Shown: positions 43,158-52,492 of the stretch, one piece after another
Position numbering within the stretch: position 1 is the first letter of the stretch
Layout: every line of letters starts with the position of its first letter
DNA from: a virus
Length of the DNA stretch: 52,953 nt
Direction: 5' to 3' (one strand)
IMG/VR virus record: IMGVR_UViG_3300022919_000001
Coordinates: 1 to 52,953 of that record
Program-made: the position numbers and the translations under genes
The notes under the pieces: model-generated
The model's input: the letters and a program-made list of their open reading frames with translations, nothing else
What the model was told of the DNA's origin: nothing
The model's database searches: none

Positions 43158-43622
43158 TTAGGTGGTTTTTGGCGGGAATGTAGCGGTTAATGCACCTGTA
43201 CCCTGAAATGTAGCTGACGTAGTATTTGCGCCATCTGTAGGTGCTGTAATGCTAAAATTGGTAAGTATAGCCGCACCCTCGTAAATCATATCATTGTCGG
43301 CAAATTGCTGACCTACTTTTGTACGAAATAGCACACTTGGTATATTTACATCGCCGTCAACAAATAGTTTACCTAAGTTAACACCGTTGTTGCCAGTTGC
43401 AAAGCTATCTTTTAGCAATGACGGTGAAACATCTATGCTCCACTCTCTGCTATCAGCAGTGAAGTTTTTAAACGGAACATCATCCCCCTCTGATTCCAAC
43501 TCTTTACAAAGCGGATCCTCCGATGTGTTTACAACCATGTTTAAGGTGGCCTCGGCTTGGCATTGTAGCCATTGGTCGCCAATTTGAACGCCTATTATCT
43601 TACCGGGAATTTGATTTGCCAT
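43158..43622 (-). CDS. Major tail (tube) protein, paralogue A
   Basis: Position upstream of the chaperones. Shares GK(I/L)IGV..G, W(S/G)..V and ITAP(T/S)DG..(F/L)QG(T/S)G motifs with 43961..44437. Confidence 0.65.
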   Translation of the reverse strand: MANQIPGKIIGVQIGDQWLQCQAEATLNMVVNTSEDPLCKELESEGDDVPFKNFTADSREWSIDVSPSLLKDSFATGNNGVNLGKLFVDGDVNIPSVLFRTKVGQQFADNDMIYEGAAILTNFSITAPTDGANTTSATFQGTGALTATFPPKTT

Positions 43623-43628
43623 GACTTT

Positions 43629-43958
43629 TTACTTTTTAAATGTAATATTACTAAGAATTTCTTTAATTCTATTATTTTGAGAAAAAATATTTAATATGAT
43701 GTGAAATTCACCAATACTTCTAACCTCTGCCGACCATGCCGTTTTACCTAATTCATCGTTTAAAATAACAAATTCGCATTTATCGCCTAATTTAAGGGGC
43801 TGGTCAGCGTTGAATATTCCGTAAATAGTTAAGGTTTTTTCCTCTTTGATGTAGGCAACTTTGCCATCTTGTATTATGGGGGTGGAGTGCAGGTCTAATA
43901 CTACCTCGTTGGAGCAACTAAAGGTGCCGTTATGTGTTATGAATGCGGAGCCTGTCAT
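43629..43958 (-). CDS. Hypothetical tail-module protein
   Basis: ORF track; lies between the two tube-like genes. Confidence 0.5.
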   Translation of the reverse strand: MTGSAFITHNGTFSCSNEVVLDLHSTPIIQDGKVAYIKEEKTLTIYGIFNADQPLKLGDKCEFVILNDELGKTAWSAEVRSIGEFHIILNIFSQNNRIKEILSNITFKK

Positions 43959-43960
43959 AA

Positions 43961-44437
43961 TCAGAAACCCTCATCCACTAAAGTATCCCACGGTGTCTCT
44001 GGCGGCATCGCATCTATCAAAAGGCTGTAATCTTGAATAGTATGCTGTAACGGCCCTGAACCCTGCAATTGTATATTCCAACTTGCACCACCATCAGACG
44101 GGGCTGTAATATCCCCGCTTGTAAATAATGCTGTACCTGAAAATATTAACTCAATAGTTGAACTTGGACGGGTGGAGAAAAAAACGCTTAACGGTATCTC
44201 ATCAAAGTAATTACTCAACAACACGGTTTTAATATCCGCACCAACAGCCTCTAAAAGTAATCCGCCGTTAACAGACAGCCCCCAACTACGCAACCCATTT
44301 ATAAACTCTGCCCATCTGCCACTATCAACGGCGGCGGTCGGTAAATTCTCCTGACTAAAATTTATTGTAGATGATATTTCGCAGCTAATAAAAGCACCGC
44401 CTACCATAACCCCTATTAATCTACCTGCTACTGCCAT
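43961..44437 (-). CDS. Tail tube-like protein, paralogue B
   Basis: See 43158..43622 for the motifs shared along the length. Confidence 0.55.
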   Translation of the reverse strand: MAVAGRLIGVMVGGAFISCEISSTINFSQENLPTAAVDSGRWAEFINGLRSWGLSVNGGLLLEAVGADIKTVLLSNYFDEIPLSVFFSTRPSSTIELIFSGTALFTSGDITAPSDGGASWNIQLQGSGPLQHTIQDYSLLIDAMPPETPWDTLVDEGF

Positions 44438-44859
44438 TATGTTGTAGTTAATTGATTAAGCCAATGTTGATAGGTAACGACACGGCGATAAATTGAATTG
44501 GTTGGCGTGTCAACGTCGAGAGATACGGAATCAATAAAAAACGTGTCTTTAACGTCGAAACCTGCTACCTGTATCTCGCTTGCTACTACACTCAATAAGT
44601 TTTCCTCTAAATCATTTATAGCTACACTGCTGGCCATACCTTGTTGCTGAATGGAAACACACTCAATAGTTATTGAACACATCCATTCATAACCGCATTT
44701 GCGCCGTTCTGTTTCGTTTTTAGTTTGAGTGCTAATTAGGTAGTATAGCGGCGGTATAGATACATTGATAGGTACTTTCTTTTCCCAAACAGGCGCATAG
44801 GTAGCCAAAGCCGTTGCATAGGCTGCTCTTATGTATTTGTCGGGGTTGATTACTATCAT
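44437..44859 (-). CDS. Tail terminator / tail completion-like protein
   Basis: Position between the gp10-like and tube genes; 140 aa. Confidence 0.45.
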   Translation of the reverse strand: MIVINPDKYIRAAYATALATYAPVWEKKVPINVSIPPLYYLISTQTKNETERRKCGYEWMCSITIECVSIQQQGMASSVAINDLEENLLSVVASEIQVAGFDVKDTFFIDSVSLDVDTPTNSIYRRVVTYQHWLNQLTTT

Positions 44860-44940
44860 GTTGTAAATATAAGAAAAAAGCGCAAATCAAAACGACCTGC
44901 GCTAATTAACAAAACTGATATGAAAACCCTTACAAATATA

Positions 44941-45354
44941 CTATTTATTCAACTTATTAATCTCTTCTTCAACAAAAAGTAAAACTTTATCCCTATTCTT
45001 AAATATCGCTGGAAAGAAAAACGGGGCCGCAGGAATCCGACCGCTACCGTCAACATAAAACTTTATAGCCTCCTCTTTGACTTCGGGAGGCATAGACGCT
45101 AAGTAAGCCGCTGCAAAATCACCCGTACCAAATTCATTATAAGCAGATAGGTCGTCACCTCCAATAACAGTTGTGGTAGTTTCCGATTGTGTAACATATA
45201 TCTTTGAAGCTAAGTTACCCTTCGCTTTACTCTTAGCATCGGCAGCAATCATATCCGCAGCACGTTTCTCGCCTTTTTTCTTAGCCTTATTTACATCGGC
45301 TTGCAGTTTACGCAGCCTTGCCAATTCCCTATCAAGTCCCGAAATAGCGGTCAT
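44941..45354 (-). CDS. HK97 gp10-like head-tail protein
   Basis: Size, position, and the N-terminal ..LDRELARLRKLQADV..AADMIAADAKSKAKGNL pattern. Confidence 0.55.
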   Translation of the reverse strand: MTAISGLDRELARLRKLQADVNKAKKKGEKRAADMIAADAKSKAKGNLASKIYVTQSETTTTVIGGDDLSAYNEFGTGDFAAAYLASMPPEVKEEAIKFYVDGSGRIPAAPFFFPAIFKNRDKVLLFVEEEINKLNK

Positions 45355-45725
45355 GTTGTAATATCAATATCCTGTTTAACGCATAATAAACGAATGTAAC
45401 GCACTGGAACATCAACGGGAACAATGCCTTTAATAAAATACGTTGCACCATTACATAACACTACCATATCCTTTTGAGGCGTGAAATTGTCACGTTGCCT
45501 TATTATATACCAACAATCCTGATTAAGTACGCTTGCACCTGCCTCTACTGCTATTTGGCTACGATCTGAAATCTTTTCCTGAATAGCCATTGTGGTTAAG
45601 ATTTGTTGCAGACTTGCGGTAGTACCGCCAAATCCATCGGGTGCGCTTACCTGATTAAAGAACGTTACTTTAAATCGGAAGCGTCCGGGGTCGTATGAGT
45701 GCTTATTTTCGTAGGGGCGTTTCAT
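45351..45725 (-). CDS. Head-tail adaptor / head closure protein
   Basis: RFRFKVTFFNQVSAPDGFGGT.. is typical of the head-tail joining family. Confidence 0.55.
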   Translation of the reverse strand: MKRPYENKHSYDPGRFRFKVTFFNQVSAPDGFGGTTASLQQILTTMAIQEKISDRSQIAVEAGASVLNQDCWYIIRQRDNFTPQKDMVVLCNGATYFIKGIVPVDVPVRYIRLLCVKQDIDITT

Positions 45726-46096
45726 ACAAAATTAGCTACACTGTTAGTTATTATGTAATGAGACTTGCAATCAAATCCGTAATTACCAATGCTCGGCGAT
45801 AATGATACTTTCCCGTCGGAATGGTTCATTGAAAAACGCCACCCATTATCATTTAAAGGCGTTATGGTTTGATTGCCACAACCACATAAGCATAAATGAT
45901 TAGCTGTTTTATACGCAATGCTAACATATAATATACCTTGCTCCATATCTTTTGCTTCGGGTATGGTTACGCAATATTTAGCTTTTATTTCTACTTTTTT
46001 TAATGTTTTCATAACTGATCTAAATGGCCTTTCGCAATGTGGACACGTCATGCCTAAAAAATATCCTGATACATCTGTGCAATATAAACAATCCAT
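45722..46096 (-). CDS. Zinc-ribbon protein (DUF6527-like, tentative) inserted in the connector module
   Basis: CMDC..CPHC at the N-terminus and ..HLCLCGCGNQ..SLSPSIGN..CKSHYII core. Start set at ATG 46096, 4 nt after the connector stop. Confidence 0.5.
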   Translation of the reverse strand: MDCLYCTDVSGYFLGMTCPHCERPFRSVMKTLKKVEIKAKYCVTIPEAKDMEQGILYVSIAYKTANHLCLCGCGNQTITPLNDNGWRFSMNHSDGKVSLSPSIGNYGFDCKSHYIITNSVANFV

Positions 46097-46100
46097 GCAT

Positions 46101-46574
46101 TTAAATTGTGGGGCTACGTCTGTACTGATTAATAAGTATCTGCACATCAACAGGCAACTGAACGCTATACACATCCTTATTCTCAAACAAATAAGTAATC
46201 AACTTATAAGCCGCTTCGATTAGGGGTGCAGGTATCTCCCCAACATCGCTATACCCAACAGTTGCCGTAATTGTACTTTGTGATGGGCATATGATACGCA
46301 AGCCGAGTGGTAAGAATTTCTCCTTATAATTCGCATACGCTGAACCATCATGATCGACTCCATCAATAGTAATAGGGTAGTAAGGCAACACAGTTTCACA
46401 TCCATAAGCGATAAAGGTTTCAACACGCTCATATAATCGGTAGCAAGTATATTGCTCTACCCATCCAATAGCTGTTTGTATCAATCGGGTAATTTCAGCA
46501 TCTCTATCCGATATGCCTGTCATTACCAATTCGGCTTTGGCTTGTTCTAAAGTGATTACGTCGAGTGCTGTCAT
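46101..46574 (-). CDS. Head-tail connector (gp6-like)
   Basis: MTALDVITLEQAKAELVMTGISDRDAEITRLIQTAIGWVEQYT is typical of gp6-like connectors. Confidence 0.65.
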   Translation of the reverse strand: MTALDVITLEQAKAELVMTGISDRDAEITRLIQTAIGWVEQYTCYRLYERVETFIAYGCETVLPYYPITIDGVDHDGSAYANYKEKFLPLGLRIICPSQSTITATVGYSDVGEIPAPLIEAAYKLITYLFENKDVYSVQLPVDVQILINQYRRSPTI

Positions 46575-47050
46575 GCTGCTTTTCTTTGATTGTCAACAGC
46601 TTTTATAACCCATTCAGGCAAGCCGTAAAGTTCTTGTATATCATTAAAGTAAACAGGTTCTTTATTAACCCATTCTAGTATTTTAGTTTCTATTTCTCCG
46701 CCACCTAATTTACGCCAATAATCTTTTGATAGTTCAAATAAAAATAGCGTTCCATCATTAACACTTTCAGACCATTGTTTAATTTGAAAGTTTACAGCGG
46801 CTTTTGTAAGCAGTAATTGATTTAATAGTCCAGGCTCTTTACACGGTTTATTTTTACCCTCGCTTTCAATATAATAAAGGCATTCTTTAGCCGATAATTC
46901 ACCGCCTGAAATAGCGGTATGTTTTGGGTTTAATGTCCCGCAAAAGTTAAAGCTACCTATATTGGACAGATAAAAGTTATAATCTCGCTCAAAGCCTTTA
47001 GAGTACTTCATAAACCAAAAGTAATAAAAAAAGGCCATACATTTCTGCAT
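46571..47050 (-). CDS. Hypothetical protein (non-structural insert candidate)
   Basis: ORF track; alternative start at ATG 47011. Confidence 0.5.
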   Translation of the reverse strand: MQKCMAFFYYFWFMKYSKGFERDYNFYLSNIGSFNFCGTLNPKHTAISGGELSAKECLYYIESEGKNKPCKEPGLLNQLLLTKAAVNFQIKQWSESVNDGTLFLFELSKDYWRKLGGGEIETKILEWVNKEPVYFNDIQELYGLPEWVIKAVDNQRKAA

Positions 47051-47076
47051 AGCCTTTTCTGAAAAACAATTATCAC

Positions 47077-47760
47077 TTATTGCTCTAAGTATTTAAAAGT
47101 TGTATTGTTTCTAAAAGCACCATTTAGTTTTGGGATAAGTGTATCTTTCAATATACCATTAGATTCAGCTGCCTGCCTTGCTGTATCGTATATTATTCCA
47201 GTAGCCGTATCAATTACTTTTTTACCTATTTTTAAGCCCCTAATTCGGTGCATTTCAGACCAATTAGGGTTTGCCATTCTACTTTTTATATTATTTAAAG
47301 CATGCTCTTTAGTGAATTTTACGCCCTTTTTAGTAGCACTTACTTTTCTTCCTATTTCTGGGTTTCTTTTTTTACCTCTTAATGGTGCAATCCTCTTTTC
47401 TATTAATTCAGGTGAATGCTTTTTACCTAGATGCTTTTGCCTATTTAGTTCTTTAGACGCTTCGCTATGTTTACCAAAAGAACCACCGCTTCTGCAATTC
47501 ATGTGATTATCATCTAACCACGTATTGTAATAATCAATCCAATAACACTCCCTTGCATTCAAGTCGCAAATTTCACAATATTCGATTACCTCAAATATGT
47601 GCTTCTCTACTCCGTATTTTTTAAAACTTCTTTCCAAAATACGTTGCCCTTTTGCACCGCTGTTTCTGTATTGTCTAAACCTGCCTTCAATATTAATACT
47701 TTGCCCAATGTATAGATTGCCATTCGGATTTGTTATTTTGTATATACCAGATATGCTCAT
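47077..47760 (-). mobile_element. GIY-YIG homing endonuclease (free-standing)
   Basis: SGIYKITNPNGNLYIGQSINIEGRFRQYR GIY-YIG core. The basic repeat-rich C-terminal half looks like a DNA-binding region. Confidence 0.8.
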
Positions 47761-47789
47761 AATGTAAATCTACACAAAATTGAAGTGAA

Positions 47790-47823
47790 ACAAAAATAAA
47801 GGGAGCTTTTTATTTCTCCCTTT
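47790..47823 (-). terminator. Strong terminator after the major capsid gene
   Basis: AAAGGGAG (47798-805) pairs with CTCCCTTT (47816-23), followed by a T-rich tract on the minus strand. Confidence 0.7.
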
Positions 47824-47830
47824 ATGATTA

Positions 47831-49141
47831 TTAAGTTGTAATGGTAAGTAACAACTTTTTGAATGCCTCTGGGTAATTGATACTCAAAGCTATTCTGCCC
47901 TCAAGTCTTACCGTGATTACATTTTTCTCCACATTATCCTTGTTTTGCTCAAAGTAGCCCATTGTCATGGCTCTACGTTGCCAAATAGCGGCACCTCTCG
48001 CAAAGTCACCTACTAAGCCCTCAGCATCGCTAAATACATTTGACCAGTAGATTGCGATACCAGCGATACGCATAGTACCGTTAGCATCAAATACGATTGG
48101 ATAGGTATACTCATCGGTATTACCTTTGTTAATCCATATCTCTTGCCATGCAACAGCAGAAATAACAGCAGCGTTTGCTCTGCGTTTAAGTTTACGCACT
48201 TGGGTAACACCTGCAACCACTTTGTCAATTATGTTAGATGCTGCAGTTACGCTACCTTGTGGGAATGATTGATTACCTGCCTGATACCATAATCCTAACA
48301 GGTTAGTGCCTGTACCGTCCCCTTTGAAGATTTGGTAATCTTCTGCATCAAGATACGCTTGTGGTAATTCGTAAGCTAACCATGCGCGGAAACCAACAAC
48401 GTCATCTAACAACTCATCCTGTACGTCAAGTAAACCTGCAATTTTACGAACAGGAGCTTCGGCGGTGTCACCAGTGTAGCCTAAAGTTGGTTTTTGTGCG
48501 CCAGCCGCTACAGTGGCAAAGCCTGCGGTTTCACCTGTATAAGTAAACTGTACGTATTTAACCAAATCCGAAATGGTTGGGTAAACAGGTATGATGTTAC
48601 GAGCGTGAAAGTCATCGTGACCTGGACCAACAATCGGCGTAAATTGCGGTGCAACACCCCCAGATGGAACGCCCAACGCTTTAATTGTTGCGTTAAAGTC
48701 CTCATCTTTGTCATCACCAATAGTTACGTTAAACTTAGCACGTTGACCTGAAAAGAAGTCCTTAATCATTTGCTCACCATCAGGAGTAGAGAATTTCTCA
48801 ATGATGTGGTCGCTAAAGCCTTTCATACGGGTGTTAATTTCACCCATTTTAGAACGCTTCATTGCGGCTTCAAGTTCCTCCATTTTAGTGGCGTACTCTT
48901 TAGCCTGCTTTTCAGTAGCCTCCTTAATGGCTTCTTTTTGCTCGTCATTTAAGTTAGCAATTAAGTCTGCCTGCTCTTTTTTCAGGTCGGCTTTCATGCC
49001 TTCAATAGCTTTTTCGGCAGCATCTTTTGCCGCTTGTTTGTTCTGCTCAATTTCGTAAGCTGCTTTTTGATCCAAATACTTTTCCTTTTGGTAATCGGTC
49101 AATGCCTCAAACTCCGCAGGGGTTTTTAATTTAAAGTCCAT
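47831..49141 (-). CDS. Major capsid protein, HK97 fold, with N-terminal delta (scaffold-like) domain
   Basis: 436 aa. The first 110 aa or so are a K/E/A coiled coil. ..FKGDGTGTNLLGLW.. motif. Follows the protease-like gene. Confidence 0.85.
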   Translation of the reverse strand: MDFKLKTPAEFEALTDYQKEKYLDQKAAYEIEQNKQAAKDAAEKAIEGMKADLKKEQADLIANLNDEQKEAIKEATEKQAKEYATKMEELEAAMKRSKMGEINTRMKGFSDHIIEKFSTPDGEQMIKDFFSGQRAKFNVTIGDDKDEDFNATIKALGVPSGGVAPQFTPIVGPGHDDFHARNIIPVYPTISDLVKYVQFTYTGETAGFATVAAGAQKPTLGYTGDTAEAPVRKIAGLLDVQDELLDDVVGFRAWLAYELPQAYLDAEDYQIFKGDGTGTNLLGLWYQAGNQSFPQGSVTAASNIIDKVVAGVTQVRKLKRRANAAVISAVAWQEIWINKGNTDEYTYPIVFDANGTMRIAGIAIYWSNVFSDAEGLVGDFARGAAIWQRRAMTMGYFEQNKDNVEKNVITVRLEGRIALSINYPEAFKKLLLTITT

Positions 49142-49148
49142 GTTGTTT

Positions 49149-49988
49149 TTAATTTAAAAGTTGTGAAATACTTAATTTACTTACCGTACTGCGTTCCTGC
49201 GGGTTCGGCTTTTCTGTTTTATTTTCGGGAGTGTCTTTCGACGGCTCATTATCTTTAATATTGCCCGTAACGGGGTTGCTGCCAAATACTACAAGGCTAC
49301 TTTCTCTAACATTTTTAGCTTCCTGAATGATAAAGAAGTATGGTATATACTCAAACTCATCCTTATTAGCTATTTTACCTATGTAGTTATCGTAATTCTT
49401 TTTTAGTGTTACATCTTCGGGGTCGTTGCTATCCATTGCAAATAGGATTGTAACGTACTGCATCCTTACGCTGGCCTCAATTGCATCTCCACTTTCCAAC
49501 CATGCTTTTGCCTTTTCGTGTATCACCTTATCTTTAGCAACCTTATAAACCAATACCTGCGTATCGCCTGCGTATGGTTGCCCTAATAAAGCAAATGGCA
49601 TATCTACAATTAACATTTCTACATGCTCTTTACGAACGATTGTATTATCTATTGTCAATTGGTGGTCTGCTACTAAGTAGTTTTGACCTTGTTGCTCCTT
49701 AACTGATTTATTCCATATACCATCAACATGTAAATCCTCATGGCTGTCTAATATCCAAGTGGTGTTTACAGCGATGTAATAATATGCCGGATCAATGTTT
49801 AAGGCCTTAACATTATCACTCTCTTTAAGAACACGGCAAGTAACAGATGAACCCTTAAGATAAGACTTCTGTATATCGGCCTTTTTGAAAGCGATTAAAT
49901 CATTGTATGACTTGCGTAAATCAGCAAACAAATCCTCCTTAGTGGCGAATTGTTTATCTGCAAAATACCTTGATTTAATTACAGTCAT
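49149..49988 (-). CDS. Prohead protease-like protein (putative)
   Basis: Position immediately upstream of the capsid gene; 279 aa. No catalytic motif confidently recognised. Confidence 0.5.
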   Translation of the reverse strand: MTVIKSRYFADKQFATKEDLFADLRKSYNDLIAFKKADIQKSYLKGSSVTCRVLKESDNVKALNIDPAYYYIAVNTTWILDSHEDLHVDGIWNKSVKEQQGQNYLVADHQLTIDNTIVRKEHVEMLIVDMPFALLGQPYAGDTQVLVYKVAKDKVIHEKAKAWLESGDAIEASVRMQYVTILFAMDSNDPEDVTLKKNYDNYIGKIANKDEFEYIPYFFIIQEAKNVRESSLVVFGSNPVTGNIKDNEPSKDTPENKTEKPNPQERSTVSKLSISQLLN

Positions 49989-50113
49989 TTAGAGAATGGT
50001 TTTTTAACGCCTTTAATCTTGGCTTTAATGGCCTCTTTAGCTTTATCGGGCAGGTTTTTGTTAGCTAATTCTTTTAGCTGCTCCTCTTGCTTTTGTTGTG
50101 CTGTAGTGTCCAT
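49985..50113 (-). CDS. Small basic protein (42 aa), first gene of the head operon
   Basis: Hand-called; ATGA overlap with the protease-like gene. Confidence 0.35.
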   Translation of the reverse strand: MDTTAQQKQEEQLKELANKNLPDKAKEAIKAKIKGVKKPFSK

Positions 50114-50178
50114 TGGTGTAAAAATACATTTTGCATACTAAAACCTAATAAAAAATAAAATTGCTTATATAATATATA

Positions 50179-50394
50179 ATGCTTATAATTGCCTTTAATA
50201 TGACACTACAGGAAGTTATTATTGATTTACGTAGCCGTAAGAAGGTTTACTTAGATGCAGGCTTAAAACAGGCTTATTTTAGCCAAATGTTAACTAAGAT
50301 TGAAAACGGGGTATCAAAGCCTGATACTACCCGAAGATTTTTAGGTTTGTTTGGTTACGAAGTAGAAAGGGAGATGTTATGGCAGAAGAAATAA
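50179..50394 (+). CDS. Small HTH-like protein at the start of the plus-strand island
   Basis: ORF track; first ATG at 50200. ..LKQAYFSQMLTKIENGVSKPD.. looks like a Cro/CI-type HTH. Confidence 0.45.
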   Translation: MLIIAFNMTLQEVIIDLRSRKKVYLDAGLKQAYFSQMLTKIENGVSKPDTTRRFLGLFGYEVEREMLWQKK

Positions 50395-50930
50395 TATGGA
50401 AAGATATTAGGGGCTATAACGGTGTTTACTCAATATCAAATACTGGTATTGTTAGAAGAAACGCTGTCCCTGTTAATAGAGTTTCTAGGTATGGTAACAT
50501 ATATCAATCTACTTTTAAAGAGGTTCTTAATAAGTATACTCTAAATAGAGATGGCTATTATTATGTAGGTTTGTGTATTAATGGCAAACCAAAGCAGCAC
50601 AAGGTACATAGATTAGTTGCTGAACATTTTTGTGAAAAGCAAGAGGGGAAAAACCATGTTGATCATATAGACGGTAACAAACTAAATAATTATAGTTATA
50701 ACTTAAGATGGTGTACGCACGCCGAAAATATCTCTTTTGCATGGGATAATGGTATTTACAATAATGTCGGATCTAATCACGGCATGTCTAAATTAGATGA
50801 AATATCTGTTTGTGAAATAAAAAAACTGATACAAAGTGGCGAACGTAACTATATAATTGCTAAAAAATTCGGTGTAAGTCAACCGACTATTTGTGATATA
50901 AGAAAGGGTAGAGCATGGAACCACGTATAG
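50379..50930 (+). mobile_element. HNH homing endonuclease (NUMOD4-like N-terminus, HNH_3-like core, C-terminal HTH)
   Basis: WKDIRGYNGVYSISNTGIV, HRLVAEHF..VDHIDGNKLNNYSYNLRWCTHAEN, and IIAKKFGVSQPTICDI. Confidence 0.8.
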
Positions 50931-51544
50931 CCGTTTGCATAACAACCACCCCAAACCGTAAGCAATTATTTGAGCAATCATTTAAGCATCTAAGAGAAAA
51001 TACCCCGAATGACGTTTCTTATAAAATATACTTAGATGAAAAATATGAAGGTATAGCTAAGGCAAAAAACAAGTGCCTTGCTATGTGCGATGGTTTTGAT
51101 TTCGTGTTCCTTTTAGATGACGATATTTTTGCCCTTGATAAGTCATGGACTGACGAGTATATAAATTCAGGTCTTGAACACGCTATGTATATTTTTGACA
51201 GGAGATTGTTAATCAAGTCAGAGCAATACTTTAGTTATGATTTACCCCGAGGATGCATGCTTTTCTTAACCCGAAAAGCAATTGATACGGCGGGGGGCAT
51301 GGATGAAGATTTCAAAGTTTGGGGGTATGAGCATGCCGAATATTCTCGTCGGATTTTTAATATGGGCTTAACACCTGCGCCTTTTATTGATATACCAAAT
51401 GTTATAGATTTGTTTTACTCATACGATAAGTGGCAGGCTTGCAAGTCAAGTGTTAGCGATAGTCAGCGAATGCAATCAATTCCTGCCAATTACCACCTCT
51501 ATCAACAAAAATATTATAGTAAAGAATTTAAACCGTTTAGATGA
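50915..51544 (+). CDS. Glycosyltransferase family 2-like
   Basis: GIAKAKNKCLAMCDGFDFVFLLDDDIF (DxD) and GGMDEDFKVWGYEHAEYSRRIFNMG. Confidence 0.75.
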   Translation: MEPRIAVCITTTPNRKQLFEQSFKHLRENTPNDVSYKIYLDEKYEGIAKAKNKCLAMCDGFDFVFLLDDDIFALDKSWTDEYINSGLEHAMYIFDRRLLIKSEQYFSYDLPRGCMLFLTRKAIDTAGGMDEDFKVWGYEHAEYSRRIFNMGLTPAPFIDIPNVIDLFYSYDKWQACKSSVSDSQRMQSIPANYHLYQQKYYSKEFKPFR

Positions 51545-51699
51545 AAACAATATCAGTTACAAATAATATAGCCAACTACAGCACGGTTGGCGCTAAGATA
51601 GATGGCAAGATAGATGCAGTTCAACCTTTATTTCGGGATAAAAACTACACTAGATTCGTAAGATATATTATTATTCACTCTTTTATTTCAGCGAATTAA
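51541..51699 (+). CDS. Small hypothetical protein (52 aa)
   Basis: Hand-called; ATGA overlap upstream and TAATG overlap downstream. Confidence 0.35.
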   Translation: MKTISVTNNIANYSTVGAKIDGKIDAVQPLFRDKNYTRFVRYIIIHSFISAN

Positions 51700-52367
51700 T
51701 GAAAATCAGTATAATACATCCGAGCCGAGGCCGTGCAGAAATGGCTTATAAAACATTTTGTAACTGGCGCGAAAATGCATTTTTTCTTGGTCATGAATAC
51801 ATCCTTTCATTAGATACCGATGATAATGTTGATTCGTATTGGAAGTTATTTATAGATTATGATTTAGCTATAATGACAAACCATAATAAATCAGCTATTG
51901 AAGCCATTAATAAAGCAGTCCAAACAGCAAGCGGGGATTTAATAATAGTTATTTCAGACGATTTCGACTGTTTGCCATATTGGGACAGCCAGTTGTTAGA
52001 GGCATTAGCCGGCCGTGAAGATTTCTTAGTTAAAACCCAAGACGGTATACAAAAGACGCTTATAACATTGCCTATAATGGATAGGGTGTATTACGAGCGG
52101 TTTGGGTATGTGTACCACCCTGACTATTTACACATGCACTGCGATGAAGAAATGACTATTGTAGGACACATGTTGGGACGTGTAATTGATTTGCCTTTAG
52201 TATTCCCGCATAATCACTATACGGTTGGCGGCATGCAAATGGATGCTATTAACACTAAGAATAACGCAACGTGGGCGCATGGTGCAGCTACATTGGAACG
52301 AAGGGCTAAAGATAATTTCGGAATTGAAAATCCTTTGGTTAGGAGGGAGGATATTGTATGGCGGTAG
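51699..52367 (+). CDS. GT-A fold glycosyltransferase-like protein
   Basis: MKISIIHPSRGR.., LSLDTDDNV and IVISDDFDCLPYW (DxD-like). Confidence 0.55.
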   Translation: MKISIIHPSRGRAEMAYKTFCNWRENAFFLGHEYILSLDTDDNVDSYWKLFIDYDLAIMTNHNKSAIEAINKAVQTASGDLIIVISDDFDCLPYWDSQLLEALAGREDFLVKTQDGIQKTLITLPIMDRVYYERFGYVYHPDYLHMHCDEEMTIVGHMLGRVIDLPLVFPHNHYTVGGMQMDAINTKNNATWAHGAATLERRAKDNFGIENPLVRREDIVWR

Positions 52368-52492
52368 TTTTAATTGTATCACTTATATCAAATCTCATTC
52401 TTTGTGTTAAGTATTTTATTGTAAAAGAGCGAAACGATAACCAGCGTGTTATAATTTCAGACTTAACAAAACATATTAATAACAGCAAATGA
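52358..52492 (+). CDS. Small membrane peptide (44 aa)
   Basis: Hand-called: MAVVLIVSLISNLILCV... ATGA overlap with the next gene. Confidence 0.3.
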   Translation: MAVVLIVSLISNLILCVKYFIVKERNDNQRVIISDLTKHINNSK

